The notes: a model not told the origin generated them from the letters alone. Numbered from the whole stretch's first letter, positions 35,131-48,203 are shown. The stretch: DNA of 61,078 bases, filler included, from Sphacelaria rigidula (GCA_964200075.2; 9 parts of 9 records of this genome joined end to end with filler, not necessarily neighbours in it); one strand, 5' to 3'. Numbers and translations are program-made.

Positions 35131-36261
35131 CTGAAAAGGTTGGGGAGGGAAATCAGGGGAATGCATGTATAGGACACTACTGTTCTGGTGCCCGCCGCCC
35201 AAAGAAGGTGAGAACGAGAGTTGTCAAAACAATCAAATCGGGAAAACTCGACGGACGCCTGGAGTGCGTTTGTAATTCGTCATTATACAATTCAAGGTAA
35301 GTACAGAGGGAGGGATCGGTTGCTGCATACGGGGGGAGGGTGAGGCGGGGGGGGAAGTTGCGGTCGTATGTACTACGACAAACAAGAACAACGTGAGGAA
35401 GGAGTGTAGTATCGCCCGGTTGGATATCATGAATACATCATAGATATCTATCTACAGGTGTTGAATAATGTATGTACCCTATCCCCCTTTTTGCAGAACC
35501 CGGTCTCCTCTCCGTATAACGTACTCACCTACCTGATTTTCGAGCATTGCTTGTATTTATTGTCGCCGTGATTCTAGAGAAAGCGTACATTCCGGTGGAG
35601 TCCTTACTACTATTTTTGAACAAGGTGGCACAGGTGTACCAGAGGAAACCACAGAACCGACAGGAGTTAGCGCACTTCTGTAGCACTGGGGACCTCGCCA
35701 CTACATTTCACCGGGTGTGTGGGGATGGTGGTATCGAGTACTGTCATCGACAGGAAGTAGGGTAACATGAAGTAGCTGTCGACGCACGTGACAAACGGCG
35801 CTATTCGGTGCGTCACCCGGGGAGACACCACACACGGCAAAGAGGGCTCAGGACAACAGTAACCTACTTTCATGTAATACATACTGTAGAGATGGGAAAA
35901 CGCATAGCAAGCTAGGGAATAAAACGTCAATTCAACGCATCACTAGCACGGGCAACCGTGCCAACGCATGAAAAAATATCAGGGAGCTATTGCTAGCCGA
36001 CAAGTTCCCACTGACTCTTACCGATATATCGCTAGAGGTCAGAAGTTTAGATCTTCGAGAGCTACATGATTGATTAAATGATTGATTCATTGTTGCAAAA
36101 ATGAGTGTTCCACCAGGAATGTCGTCATGGATCCGCGAGGAGTCTATCCATGGCCACAAGATAGACGCAACAACGGAGAACAAACACACACATATATATG
36201 TATAGTTCGCTCGGTAGTACTTTGCCGTCCAATTACGACTATCATAGTCATCAGCACTCAC

Positions 36262-37275
36262 TTTGCTCGAACGTCCTTCATGTACACCATCAAGTCCCGT
36301 CGTAGATTTTGGTACGCATCTTCCGAACGACCCACAGTAGCCAAGAACGTTTCGCGCGCCGGACCACGAGATGGCGCCAGTGGATGCCGATATTCCCCGT
36401 CTTCTGACTCTTCCACATCGCGGGTTTGTTCTGCGATGATGATTTTGATATCATCTTGATCTCGCCTTTTCGAGTCGATTTTGCGATCGGCTAGACCGCT
36501 TTCCGCCTTCGCAAACCCACTTTCTTGGGTTCTGTAGAGTGTTGCCACCCAGGGTTTGCTGACGACAGCAGTGGAGACAGCAGATTCGTATGCTGGAGCG
36601 AGAGATTTCGTTTTGCCTTCATCAGTACCGACGACCGCATCGTGGGATATGAACGGCTTGGAGGAGTAAAACAGGCGCCCTGCGCGATCACCTGTCGAGT
36701 CGTCGACACGTCCTCCGGTATATGCGGGGGCAGATTTCAGGTGTTTTTCGCCGGTACTGTTATCATACTTCATGCTGGCGCTCAAATGGGAATGGGAACG
36801 TAATTCGTCGGCGGCCATGGCCTCTGCTTCACCGTACACGTCGTTGTCATCTGCTGCGGTATTTGAAATTGCTTTTGTTGGCCTTAGTCCGGAAGAACTC
36901 GAAGAATATTGATGAGCAGATTCCATATTGCCCACACCGTAGTCACCTTTGAAACCAAGACAAGCGTGAGAAGCTGAAGATGATTCGGGTCCGCGTCGTG
37001 GAAAACCTACAGGTTGTATAGGCTCGTTCATGCTGCCGGTGGTTGATCTGGCAAAGAGGAAATCTGGCCTGTCCGACCGGCAAACAGTCGACGGTGATGA
37101 GAAGGACGGTGTTGTCCTTGGCCTCTTCCCCACCCTTGGCGTCACACGATCGAACTCAGCATAGATAGCCCGAGAGGCATTAACGTGGTTCAGGAGCTGC
37201 ATAGTGCCCTTGGGTCCATTATTCCTTCCGTCATCGACAAGCTTTCGCTCTCGCCTGACTCCTTGCAACCCTCGC
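36262..37275 (-). CDS. Large exon of the orphan gene, largely disordered
   Basis: 336-aa open frame bounded by a GGTAG acceptor and an AA|GTGAGT donor; the ORF stop lies inside the donor. No family recognised. Confidence 0.6.
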
Positions 37276-37754
37276 CTACCAGAGCATATTGTGGTGAATT
37301 TGATAAATAGTCGTTGAAACAGACAGAGGGCGAAATATAACGATTTCAGTTCAGAGAAGGGGGGGGTGGGGGGTGAACCTCCCCGATGAGGGGTGTCGTT
37401 ATGTCATGCAGTGCTTGTCTTGATACACCTGGTATGCTTGTATGTATGGCTATCCCTCGAGAGGCCGAAAGATGGAACCTTGCGATTCTTAGTTCTTTGG
37501 TTGGCGGTATTTGGGGCCTTTGGTCTCGCCCGTAGTCGGACCCCGTGTTCATTTGTACTTGGCGTCGCGCGTCGAGTTGGAAAGCCGGGTGCCAACCCCT
37601 GAAGTCCGAATGGCCACCTACGGCACCGAGTCTTCTGAGGTTAGCCATATGTACTCCCTTTCTTCCGTATTATTTATCCCTGTTTTGCTTGTATCGCGTT
37701 TTGTGAGTTTTAATCTGGGCCTGTTTTCCTCAACGTTTTTTCGCTAGCCTGCAA

Positions 37755-37864
37755 CCACGGAAGGCGTCCGCATCAGATGCCCAGTACGAATGTACCGCGA
37801 AGATATCGGAACGGTTTTTAATGTGAAGACAATGACAACAACAACAACAACAACAACAACAACA
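37755..37864 (+). mobile_element. 3' end of a non-LTR element with an (AAC)n tail (may extend upstream to ~37380)
   Basis: Homologous to 33810-33890. Confidence 0.65.
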
Positions 37865-40687
37865 GTTCAGTAGTAGTGTTCTGCATAATATGTGATACCC
37901 ATGGAAAACAACATATCTTCGTTTTTCTCCGTGTTCAATTTGTTACGTGGAACGCGTAATTGGTTCAACTCTCGAATTCTCCCTGTCCGTGCGCACTTTG
38001 TGATGCCCATGTTACCCGTTTCTCGTGGGGGAAGGAGGAGTACAGGGTACACCTCAGGTGCAAAGCACTTGGGAGGTGGTCGAATGTCTTTTTGCATCTC
38101 GACCGCCGGAGGAAAACATGATGAAGCAACCGGCGTATAGTCTTTCTTCACTTCACGGAGAGGCTATTTGGTACTGATGCCCTAGGTTATATAGGCAGGG
38201 AACGGGGCAACTCGCCTTCGGCAGAAAGGAATGTGAACACACGGCACAACACATGTTCAGAGATCTGCAGTGAAAAATGTTCTGAAAAGGTGTACAGATT
38301 TTGTTTCGGATATTTGTCTAGATCGTATTTTGTGTTATACGTCCCATCTTCGCGGTTGCCACGGTATACATACAATTTTACCTGGGCGTGTCCGTACTTG
38401 GCCTGGCTATCAGCGCGTTCGGTCTTTCCGGGGGCAATACCTCCATCTTTCTCTACCCATTGGCACCAGGCACAACTTCCCTGTTCGATCTTTGCCTCGC
38501 AACATCATCTTCGACCAATGCCAGCTTGTGCCGGTTCGGCAATTTATTACGCCGCATTTTACCTATACGTTATACGTGATGTGATCGTAACAGTTTTTCT
38601 GACTTCTGCTGCACACCTGCCCCCCCACCCCTCCCCTCTACCCCTCCCCCCGTACGCGACTTCCCCGAGTTCTACGACAGCTGTGTGCGAGAACACTCAA
38701 CATATTGTTGTGCGCATATTCGTGAATATTGCGCTGTACCACCAAATCAAGGGTTGGTTCTTTGTATACGAGGGCAAGAACACGCAAGGTGCGCGTAACG
38801 GTCGTGCACAGCGCCATGCCACATGGATATTTCGGCTCAATGATGGTGTTCGCTGCGTGCCTCTCATGGCAGCAGCGTGCGTCGGCCTGGATTTCCTGGG
38901 TACCTGGGGCTAGCATGGGGTTCAAGGTGAGATGGTCTGACTGTATTCGCTGACTGTCGCGATGCAGTCCACTCACCTATTCGAACTCCACGCACTGATG
39001 TACTGCTGTAATGTACTGCACCGTGAACACAAAGGCATCCTATTTTTTTTTATTGTTCGCTGGTGCGTACCGGATTTATCTTTGAATGAGAATGCACGTA
39101 CGTACGTGGGCGGCTGAACACCTTGCGCGGTCCACAACTCCCCTCCTATTCAAGGACAGTTTACATGCATAACCCCCCTTCCCCTTGCTGCATACAGATA
39201 CACTGTCATGCCGCGCAACAGCTCCTGCTGTGTGAGTAGCGCTCATTGTTTTGCCTTTACATCGGGCTTAATGGGGCGGGGGGGGGGGGGGGGTGAATGA
39301 AGTCCAACATGTCGTCCGGTGGCAGTCGCGTTTCCCCGCAAATGGATTTTATACTACAGTACAGAAAGTACAATCATAGCACAAGAGGATACAACGAGAA
39401 CTAGAAAAAACGGTTGGCGGCGCAATTTAATGGAAGTTAGTATCATGTGGTCCAGATACCTCTCAGTCTCGGGCAGGAAAATAGCGCTTGTCATCTACAT
39501 AACAGCTACTTGTACAAATGGGCGGTGGGCAACAAACTCCCTTGTTGACAGTCTGATCAGGCGGCGCCACCGAACCTATAATCAATCACAATGCTACTTT
39601 ATTTTCACTTGTTGACACTGTTGTCTGTACGTACACCCAGCCTTCGGCCCCCTATCCTTCTGTGGTGTCTCTTGACTATTACTAATACTTGATATATTTC
39701 GGGTACTTGTTCGGACGAGCTGCTCTATTATGCTATGCTGGCGTTACGGAGAAAATACACGGCACGTGAACTACAGTAGCGTGACCAGCATAAACGGTCG
39801 ACCGTTGAGCTATATCACCGGGAAGATTCTCTTCATGCTCGCTTCATTGGCCGATGATCTCGTGCCCTCGTTCTAGCTTGCCACGGAAACGAAACCAGAC
39901 ACATGGAACGCGCCCTACTGAGGATGATCGGACATTTTCCCTGTCAACACCGACCAGTTGATCACTTCACTTGAAGTTCACGAAATCGCAGTTGCACTCG
40001 CTGGTTTTCCCTGTTAATTTTTTCTTGCAGAATAATTATAGTCACGGTGGTCGCTATTATAGTGCAGCTTCGCGTTATACCCCGTGACTTGCACCCCTAG
40101 CTCCACCGCCATTTTACCCTTCCTGTCCGTGGCCCCTCTTTCACCTGGAAGAAGCGAATGCCTTCCGCAAACTGTTTTCGTATATAGGAAGTGTCTGAAG
40201 ATGAGTGGAGCTGCACCTCCGACCAGATCAGCTCGGCTGCTCATTGGGCCGAAACGCGGCCTCTCAATCCTATATTTGCGCGCGGGGGGGGGGACTTGAA
40301 ATGGCCCAATATTCGACAGTGCACCGCAGCGGCGGCCCTCCCTGGCCTTCATTCCTGACAGTATATTTATAGACAATACTTTCGTCCATCGGCGAATATG
40401 TAGGCGCCTTCTTGTCAACAAGCAGCGAATATCAGGGGCACTTGAACCTTTGACGAGAGTAGTAGCACGATCTTCCGTCCAGCCGTCGTTTTTTACACTG
40501 CGCTTCAGCTCATTTTCCTTTCCGTAGGTTGTTCTATGTTCGCCTGGCGGTCGGATTTTCGTCCTTGGCATATCGAAATCAATTTCAATCAATCAAGATC
40601 ATCCCCGCCTTCCTCCCGCGCGTCCCAGACGCCCCCCCCCAATGCTCCGTCTCGAAAGGGGTGCGTGGTCAATGGTCAAACGACTAA

Positions 40688-40787
40688 NNNNNNNNNNNNN
40701 NNNNNNNNNNNNNNNNNNNNNNNNNNNNNNNTTAATTAATTAANNNNNNNNNNNNNNNNNNNNNNNNNNNNNNNNNNNNNNNNNNNN
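40688..40787. other. Artificial contig spacer
   Basis: N44-TTAATTAATTAA-N44. Confidence 0.98.
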
Positions 40788-42027
40788 ATGAGTACCCCCC
40801 CCTCCCCCCGACTGCTGCGATTTCAAGTCTCGCCAGTTCAGTATTTTGGATGAAAGCAACAGCGTATGAAAATGGAAGTGATCCTATTGGTTGAACAAAC
40901 AAAAATCCGCAACCGTTGTAATACCCGTGTGTCCCCGCTATGGTCTTCTTTGTTCACAATATTTCTCGTCCGTCTGACTATCGCAGAGCGCCAATATAGG
41001 CGTGTGCCACAGTTATCCACAGAGATGTGGTACCATCAGTGAACAAACTATTTCAACAGAGGACGGGTGTTCGAAGGGTTCACTGACTCACGTTGAAAAA
41101 TTCAAATTTGACCCCCGTGATTCAGACTCGTCACGTTACCCACAGCCATTTGAAAAAAAATGATGAGGCTCGAGTCTGAGTTCTCTTCCCTCACAGGGCT
41201 CGCATGGGCCATGTCGAACGAGCAGGCTGTCATCAGCAGCATTTACCTGAGGTACAGATGACAGCACACTTCAAACAGATTGTCGATACATTGGGGACCA
41301 CGCAGAGCAGGCAGTAGACAGGGTGAGCGGCACACTGTACACTACGTACGGGAAATGTGCTGTAGTCCATGTACCGCCTACGATACACTCCCGTTGAGAT
41401 TTTAACTTTTATCCGGCTGCAGTTTGAGCACGATGCTTCGTTATGTACTTCAGTCTCTTACGGATCAGCAACACCTGAACACAAATACCTCGATATATCC
41501 CACACAATAGAGAGCACCTCCGTGTGTCAATACGGTACATCAAAACACTTGAGGAATGAATCTGAATCCTGATGCATCATGTGTCGCTTGGGTTTTGAAG
41601 CAGGGATCTGGATACGATCACCTCATGTCACAAGGAACGACACATCTTCGTTTTCCCGTTCAAATATGTTGCGGGTAACTTATTGCTCGCGTCATACATG
41701 AAATGAACTCGGGAAAAAAAGCATCGCTCATGTTCTCGACAGACCCTTACGCCGCGAGTTATATCATGACAGTATTAGTGTATACCCCTTGGGCGTATCA
41801 CCTTCCTCCATAACATCATCGACTGACATTCGTCGCAGATATCCGCTGTTGTAGCTGAGCATCACCTGTCTGTTAAGGAACACCTCTATATACCCCGCGT
41901 GAATTTCAGGGATCTTCAACCGCCAACTTTCATGTTCCGGCGGACAAAATGCCTGTCATGAATGAAAAGTTCCATCTAGGCATTTCTGGCTTGGAATGGA
42001 AGATGTAGAAAAGGGAGGCTAGTTCAT

Positions 42028-42300
42028 CGGCGTTGGGCTATAAATGTTCATGGTTGACATATCTTACAAGTATCGCTACCCCTAACCCTAATCCCAACCC
42101 AACGCATACCGAAATCCCTGAGGCAGGGGCGGCGCATGGCACTCCCTACGCAAAGTACGACCTTGCTAGGCCCCAAATCGGCGCATGTGGCGCCCATTCA
42201 GTGAGCACACGGGATTGTCGGCTTACTTGGGATCAGATTCTCATTGTACACACTCGAATCGAGTAATATTTCAACCATGAACATTCCTAGCCCAACGCCG
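42028..42300. mobile_element. MITE family D (273 bp)
   Basis: 30-bp TIR CGGCGTTGGGCTATAAATGTTCATGGTTGA / TCAACCATGAACATTCCTAGCCCAACGCCG; contains CCCTAA-like repeats. Confidence 0.9.
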
Positions 42301-42345
42301 GTCGACTCTACTGAGAAAGGGCGTCAAGTTCATGGTAAAAAATTC

Positions 42346-43581
42346 CAGGGCGCTTTACGTTACACGTTTTACGTCACAAACGTACAGCACAAGAGTGTGA
42401 CGTGACGTGGCGTATTTTTTACACGTCACAGTAACGTTGAAACGTTACCTGTAACGCGCAGTATTTATACGTTACACGTCACTATATTTCACGTTTTGAC
42501 GTCTGGATGAACGTCACGACCATCACACGCTCAACTTGTATCACAAATAGTGTGAGATTAGCATATATGTGATACTCACATGATATGATACATGTGTTCG
42601 AAAAAAGTGTGCATACGTCATATTACGCACGCGATGCAAGCACAAATTCAGCGCCACGGCAGCATGCACCGCCACACTACACCCAACCATAGTATGCATT
42701 GTTTTGAGTTGCTATGTACCGTTTTACTTGTTGGTGTCACTAGTATAAAATGCGGACCACGAAGTAATTAGAGACCTTGTGCCTTTGAAGAGGTGTGAAG
42801 GGTGACACGAGGTTGTGATCTTGTGTACAAATTCGGTGGCTCCACTGCTGTCCTGTAGCTTTGTCCTTTATTTCGTTGATTTTACGTTGTTTTCTTCTGT
42901 TGGTGTTTTGGCTTTCTGTTTTTCTGCCGTCCGTCCCTGTTCGAACGGTTTGTTGAATTTTTTCTCCATTATTGGTACACTGGGTCATGATGTGTTTCTA
43001 CCTTCAGTCCATGTGAATTTTATGTAGTGAAATTATATCTTCCGTGTACACGCCCTGCTGAGGCAGCAAATAATTATACCAGTGCAAAATTGGATAGAAT
43101 GTGTTGGGTGTCCCACAAAGTGCCAACCGACCGCCAGGTGTCACTAATTACGATCTGTACGTACTTGCCTTTCCATGTGTACATCACGGCCTCACGGCCT
43201 GTGCCCTTGGTACATCACTATCTGATTATCGTACATGAAAATCGTACTCATGTATTTCTTTGAAATTTCAACGTGTTGGTCAGGGATGCATGAGCGATAC
43301 ACTAGCTGAAACGCATTCTTACATGTTAAGATGACGAGCAGAAGGCGCCTCATGCTCGAACAAGGCTAATAGCCACCGTAAACCTCCCATACCAAGTTGC
43401 GGTACACGAAACCTTACAACGTCGTACGTACGGTTCATTTGCTCTCAACACGGTCGGAGTGGAACGTTTTATTTTACGTTATGCGTTATAAACGTACATA
43501 AACGTGACGTGTAACGTTCATGGTGAAGTGTAACGCACAAAATACGCTACTTTGAAGTAACGTGTAGCGTGGAAAGCCCTG
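42346..43581. mobile_element. 1236-bp non-autonomous hAT-like element
   Basis: CAGGGC...GCCCTG termini, 8-bp TSD AAAAATTC/AAAAATTT, and dense ACGT-core subterminal repeats at both ends. Confidence 0.8.
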
Positions 43582-43813
43582 AAAAATTTCGCTCTTGAAA
43601 ATTAAAAACAGTGCTGCTGCTTGCCTTTCGTGGAAACTTCGCGAAGTCATACTCGGATCGTTATTCCAAAGGCCTCCCGAAGGTTCTTGACGGGAACGTG
43701 GTGTGCATATATGTCACGCCCTTTGAAGACCCCGCCTAGCAAGGCTCTCAACGAATGCCCGGAGCACCACGTTTTGACTAGTCGTTCGATCGTGCCACTT
43801 TTTATTCGTGCAG

Positions 43814-43889
43814 CCGCGATGCAAAGTCTGTGAAGATCAAGAGCAACAAGGCTACCAACTCGACCAAGTTCAAGATCCGGTGCACACGG
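43814..43889 (+). CDS. RPL38: 60S ribosomal protein L38 (eL38), internal exon
   Basis: TGCAG acceptor and CGG|GTGAGG donor; RDAKSVKIKSNKATNSTKFKIRCTR. Confidence 0.92.
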
Positions 43890-44489
43890 GTGAGGAGCTA
43901 GCTACTTCTCTCGTCACTTATTGCATGTCTCGTGTTGTTTGCCTTGACTAATTATCGCATCCTATTCTAAGGCATTGAGTAGCACTCTTCATTTTTTGGT
44001 CACGGGCTGTGGATACAATCGAATTTTCAGCATTTGCAAAACTACGCAAGGGCACTGCAAACGATTTTCGTGCCCCCGTCTGATCACGTCTGTTAGCGTT
44101 TCTGCACCTGATTGAAGCCGCGACTGACCGCTTGATGAGTATTCTGCTTGCTCACACCCATTCATGATGATCAACATGCCACGCTTGTAGTTTTATACTC
44201 CGCACTAGTATGCCCTGATCGGCCTAGCGCTCGTGGTGAACCTAAATGTGTTCGAGGGGACACGTGGCGAAGCTACTTGGCGTTGAACGCTCAATTCTAT
44301 GCCGATTGTTTGTTCGAAGATTGTCGTACTAGCAACTCCTTCTTGTCTTCCGTCCTCATGCATCAAACGTGATGTCTCTAACCGTACGTTATGCTTTGGT
44401 TTCTACTTTTTTTTTTTTCATTAGCTAGACACTGACTTTTCCTTTATCCACTCGCTCATTTTTCCCTTTCATGTGGCTGTTTAAAACAG

Positions 44490-44588
44490 TACCTGTACAC
44501 CCTGTGCGTGACGGACAAGGAGAAGGCGGACAAGCTTACGCAATCCCTTCCCCCGGGTCTTCGCAAGCAGAACATCAACATTGACTAA
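44490..44588 (+). CDS. RPL38: 60S ribosomal protein L38, last exon
   Basis: AACAG acceptor; [32 protein letters not shown]. The first exon was not found in this contig. Confidence 0.93.
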   Translation, partial: YLYTLCVTDKEKADKLTQSLPPGLRKQNINID

Positions 44589-46489
44589 GGAAGTCAGTAT
44601 ACCATGGCGTAATGCAAAAACCGGCGCTCAAGAAGGAGTTCGCGCATCTGGTCCTACTCCAGTAGGAAGGACAGGAGTGGAAAATTGAGGAGCAGCAACG
44701 ATTACCCGTGTCATGCTAGGGTGCTTAGCATGGCGGTAGACTCGTTACGATGGCGAAGTTGCTGCTTTTATTACTATTTCTGTTGGTGCCATGATGGGTC
44801 CTTTTTCTTCCACGAGTGTTTGGTATGTAGCTGTCGCTATGGGGGTTTGGGGGAAAGCCGGTGACGTGTGGTGCGCCTTCGTCATTCGGCAGTGCTGACT
44901 GCTGCTCGGTCTAACAAGGGATGATATCAGATTTACAATCTTGGCGAGAAGGGATCCATCGGTGGGCACTCATCCAACTGCACGATTGTTTTTGGTCTGT
45001 GGAATGGATTGAGCCAGGAACATTTCGGACGTCTCTCTACTCCGTGTCGAAACGCTGGAGTGGATATGCCTCATCGTTCGCTTACGCTCGTGGCATGTGG
45101 GGTTCCATCCGTCTGTCATCCTGCGCAAGTGTTTCACTATGTGGAGGACACAAACATTGCTGCATATACTATCCATACCCGGTAACCAAGAAGCCGACAG
45201 TGAACCACTAGGAACAAAATTCTACACAAGAAGAAGCACTGACACCACGAAAAAACTGGACAATATTCATGGAGGAAGAGGAAACCTACTGGAAGCTTGA
45301 GAGTCCCGGCGTGCAACCCCCATGACTACCTCGCTATGCTCGAGTGTGGTGTTCCTGTACAGTAAAGGTATTACCCTTCGACGGCGAAGGTAGTCTATCT
45401 AGACGGTGAAAACACCGTCCAAGTGAACTTGATGACTCTTCAACAGATGGACCACACTCGTTCTAAGAGTTGACGGGACGGTACCCTCAGACTTCTCTGC
45501 GCTTTTTTGGATTTTTTTCATTTCTCAAGCAACAACCATATGAACAAGAAACCACACACTCGTCTTCGAGTAGTATGTAGCCAGTCCTGATTTCTTCCAT
45601 TTCGTTCCCTGGTTGAAGAACTTACCGTCACATTTTTGGGGGACAAGACTTCTTTCCCGAGAAAATCTGGAGAAAGAAACAGCCCTGTGAACATCAAACC
45701 TTTTGGTGGTTTCAGTGTGTCGTCAGCCTTTATTTTTCAGAGAGTTGATATGTCGAAAGCTCGTACGTCGTGTCATGTGTCTTTTTCAAGAGGGAGAAGA
45801 TATTTCGCACTTTTTGCTGTCTTTGACGATTTGTCACGTTCACAGTGGGATGGCATGAGGAGGGGAGGCGAGACTTCCAAGTTTCCGCCACTATTTTCTA
45901 TTTGCGGCGATCTGTCACATCCAGCACTTCACCCGTAGCCAGCGGTGCTGGCACGTGACATGCGGATGACATGTCCGTTCCTCCAAAACCTGGTTTGCAA
46001 GTGATTATGTACCGAGAGGATCACTTGGCTTGCTGCTTACATGGAAGGCTGTAGTACCGTTCACACCCGAGATCGTCATTGCTTCCTCGCGATATTTAGA
46101 ACCCCAATTAACCCCTTTTGGATCGGACTGACTACAAGGGTACGTTTGTGACACCTTTTCTCCGCAGTCTTGTGATGGTAGGTGTTCACTTGCATTTTTT
46201 TTAAGTCAACATGGTGTTGATTCACGAAAAAGCCCTGTTCTATTTTTCTTTTCTTTTTTCTATTCATTATTCTGTTCTATTTTTGCTGCTCCTGACCACG
46301 GGCCGGATTGTTGCAACCAGCTAATGCGAGATAATCAATCAATCAATCAAGTGCGCGTTTACACCTTGCGCGGCGATCCCGTATGCACGCTTCATGCGCC
46401 GCCCCAGCGACAGTGACAAGAAAATGTCTGGAACGTCTTTCCCACTGGCGGGCACAGAATGAGAGTACAGCGCGGATTGACATTGACTT

Positions 46490-47022
46490 TGATCATTCAC
46501 CTCAACTTGGCCATTTTGCCATTCCGCGTGTGCTTCTCTTTGCCTCCATGACTGGCGTGTGCTTACAGCTCCTACACGTCGATATCCTACTCAGGGATAT
46601 CAAGGGCATCAGTGGCAAGCTACTACACAGAGCATATTGGACCTCGTGGAGGGGCATTCCGGATCTGAAACGATTCTTTCACTTATTGACCGCTTTTCTC
46701 TCTCAATCAACAACGTTTCCGTGAGATTTGAGAGTGTAGATTATCATTCCCTTTAACTCGGCCATTTCCCCATTTCGTGTATACTTTTTTTTGCCTGCGA
46801 TATCCTACTCAGGGATATCAAGGGCATCAGTGGCAAGCTACTACATACACAGAGCATATTGAACCTCGTGGAGGGGCATTCCGGATCTGAAACGATTCTT
46901 TCACTTATTGACCGCTTTTTTTCTCTCTCAATCAACAACGTTTCCGTGAGATTTGAGAGTGTAGATTATCATTCCCTTTAACTCGGCCATTTTCCCATTT
47001 CGTGTATACTTTTTTTTGCCTG
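46490..47022. repeat. Tandem duplication of a ~220-bp unit (two near-identical copies plus an older partial copy)
   Basis: 46580-46797 is repeated at 46798-47022; 46490-46545 is a diverged copy of the unit end. Confidence 0.92.
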
Positions 47023-47045
47023 TGACACTGGCATGGGCCTACGGC

Positions 47046-47407
47046 TGTGTGTGTGTGTTGTCGTCCCATTTATTCTGGGCGCCAGTCTACAGCTTTCGGT
47101 ATGTGTGAGCGCATCAGCCGGGGTCACACAGGAAGGTCAACACAACAGGAACTTTTCCTTTTTTATGTGTTTTCAGTACCCCACCTTCCTTCTGCGGTGC
47201 TTGCCTTTATTTTTTATCGCGAGAAGGGTCCAGCAGTCCCTTTCCCTCGTCGACCGCTAAGTCGAATTTTTGTGTACCCACGACATAGTCGCTCTCCGCT
47301 GTTGGGTATGGTGTCAGAAAAAATCCCAGGCAGCTCCGGGAATTGAACCCCACTACTCAACGGTCAGAATGTTTCGAGGTTATCAACTGAGCCACCGGGG
47401 CGACCGG
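47046..47407 (-). mobile_element. tRNA-derived SINE (family S1)
   Basis: Head GGTCGCCCCGGTGGCTCAGTTGAT (A box) ... GGTTCAATTCC (B box), ~280-bp body, (CA)n tail; second copy at 49252-49619. Confidence 0.8.
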
Positions 47408-47484
47408 TTCGACGGCTACACGTCGATACCTTGAGGACCGACGCCCGGATGGGTAGGGTGACTCGTGTACAGAGTCGAGCTAGG

Positions 47485-47584
47485 NNNNNNNNNNNNNNNN
47501 NNNNNNNNNNNNNNNNNNNNNNNNNNNNTTAATTAATTAANNNNNNNNNNNNNNNNNNNNNNNNNNNNNNNNNNNNNNNNNNNN
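47485..47584. other. Artificial contig spacer
   Basis: N44-TTAATTAATTAA-N44. Confidence 0.98.
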
Positions 47585-48093
47585 GGGTGTTGTATTGGTG
47601 GGTTTGGGTGTGATTTTGGAAATGGGATATAGAAGAAGAACAAAAAGAAAAAGTATGTGGGGGGGGGGGGGGGGGGGGGGGGGAATGAAAAATTAAAATT
47701 AAACCCGAGGAAATTGCCCTGGTTAACAAGGCCTCCAAATGTACAAGAGTGAGAAATATAGAACACCTCTCTAACCCTTCCCGTGCAAGACCCTCGCGTA
47801 AGGGACGATAGAGCTAACTAACCTTGAAGGTCGCCAACCCAATGCTTGAGCCTAGCAGCCCCGTCTGTCTACCGCCACACCTCCCTACTGACTGACACCA
47901 ACAGCGTGGACGCCGTGACCCTGAATCTTTGACGAATCTACTGCTACGACAGGTCAATCACCGCACTTATTCCTCGGATATTTCTACTGGTCGATCCAGG
48001 GTTTGGTTATCTTTGTTGTAATCGCTACTAATAGCGCGGACATCCGTGGGGAACACACGCGTTAACTTGACGGACAACCACAAATATATATAC

Positions 48094-48203
48094 CTGAGGT
48101 TCGCCGCCGCCTCTCCTCCTTCATTTTGTCTCTTCGTCAGGTTTTGCTGAAACTTGCGCGCGAGGATCATGTCTTTGGACCAGAACGAATTCTCCGATTT
48201 GAT
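48094..48203 (-). CDS. DUF389-like membrane protein, third visible exon (IKSENSFWSKDMILARKF...)
   Basis: TTTTGCAG acceptor and AG|GTATAT donor; phase 0 continues ...KEVAP. Confidence 0.65.

Noticed and set aside
36600..36628. Hammerhead-like CTGATGA...GAAA (also near 3937, 32552 and 58716-58738)
   Set aside because: No stem II or flanking helices; this instance lies within a coding exon.
44165..44218. Box C/D snoRNA candidate in the RPL38 intron (ATGATGA...CTGA)
   Set aside because: Only ~54 nt, no terminal stem, and no rRNA-complementary guide that I recognise. snoscan or small-RNA data would be needed.
47325..47407. tRNA genes at the SINE heads
   Set aside because: No complete cloverleaf; each continues into a repeat body.
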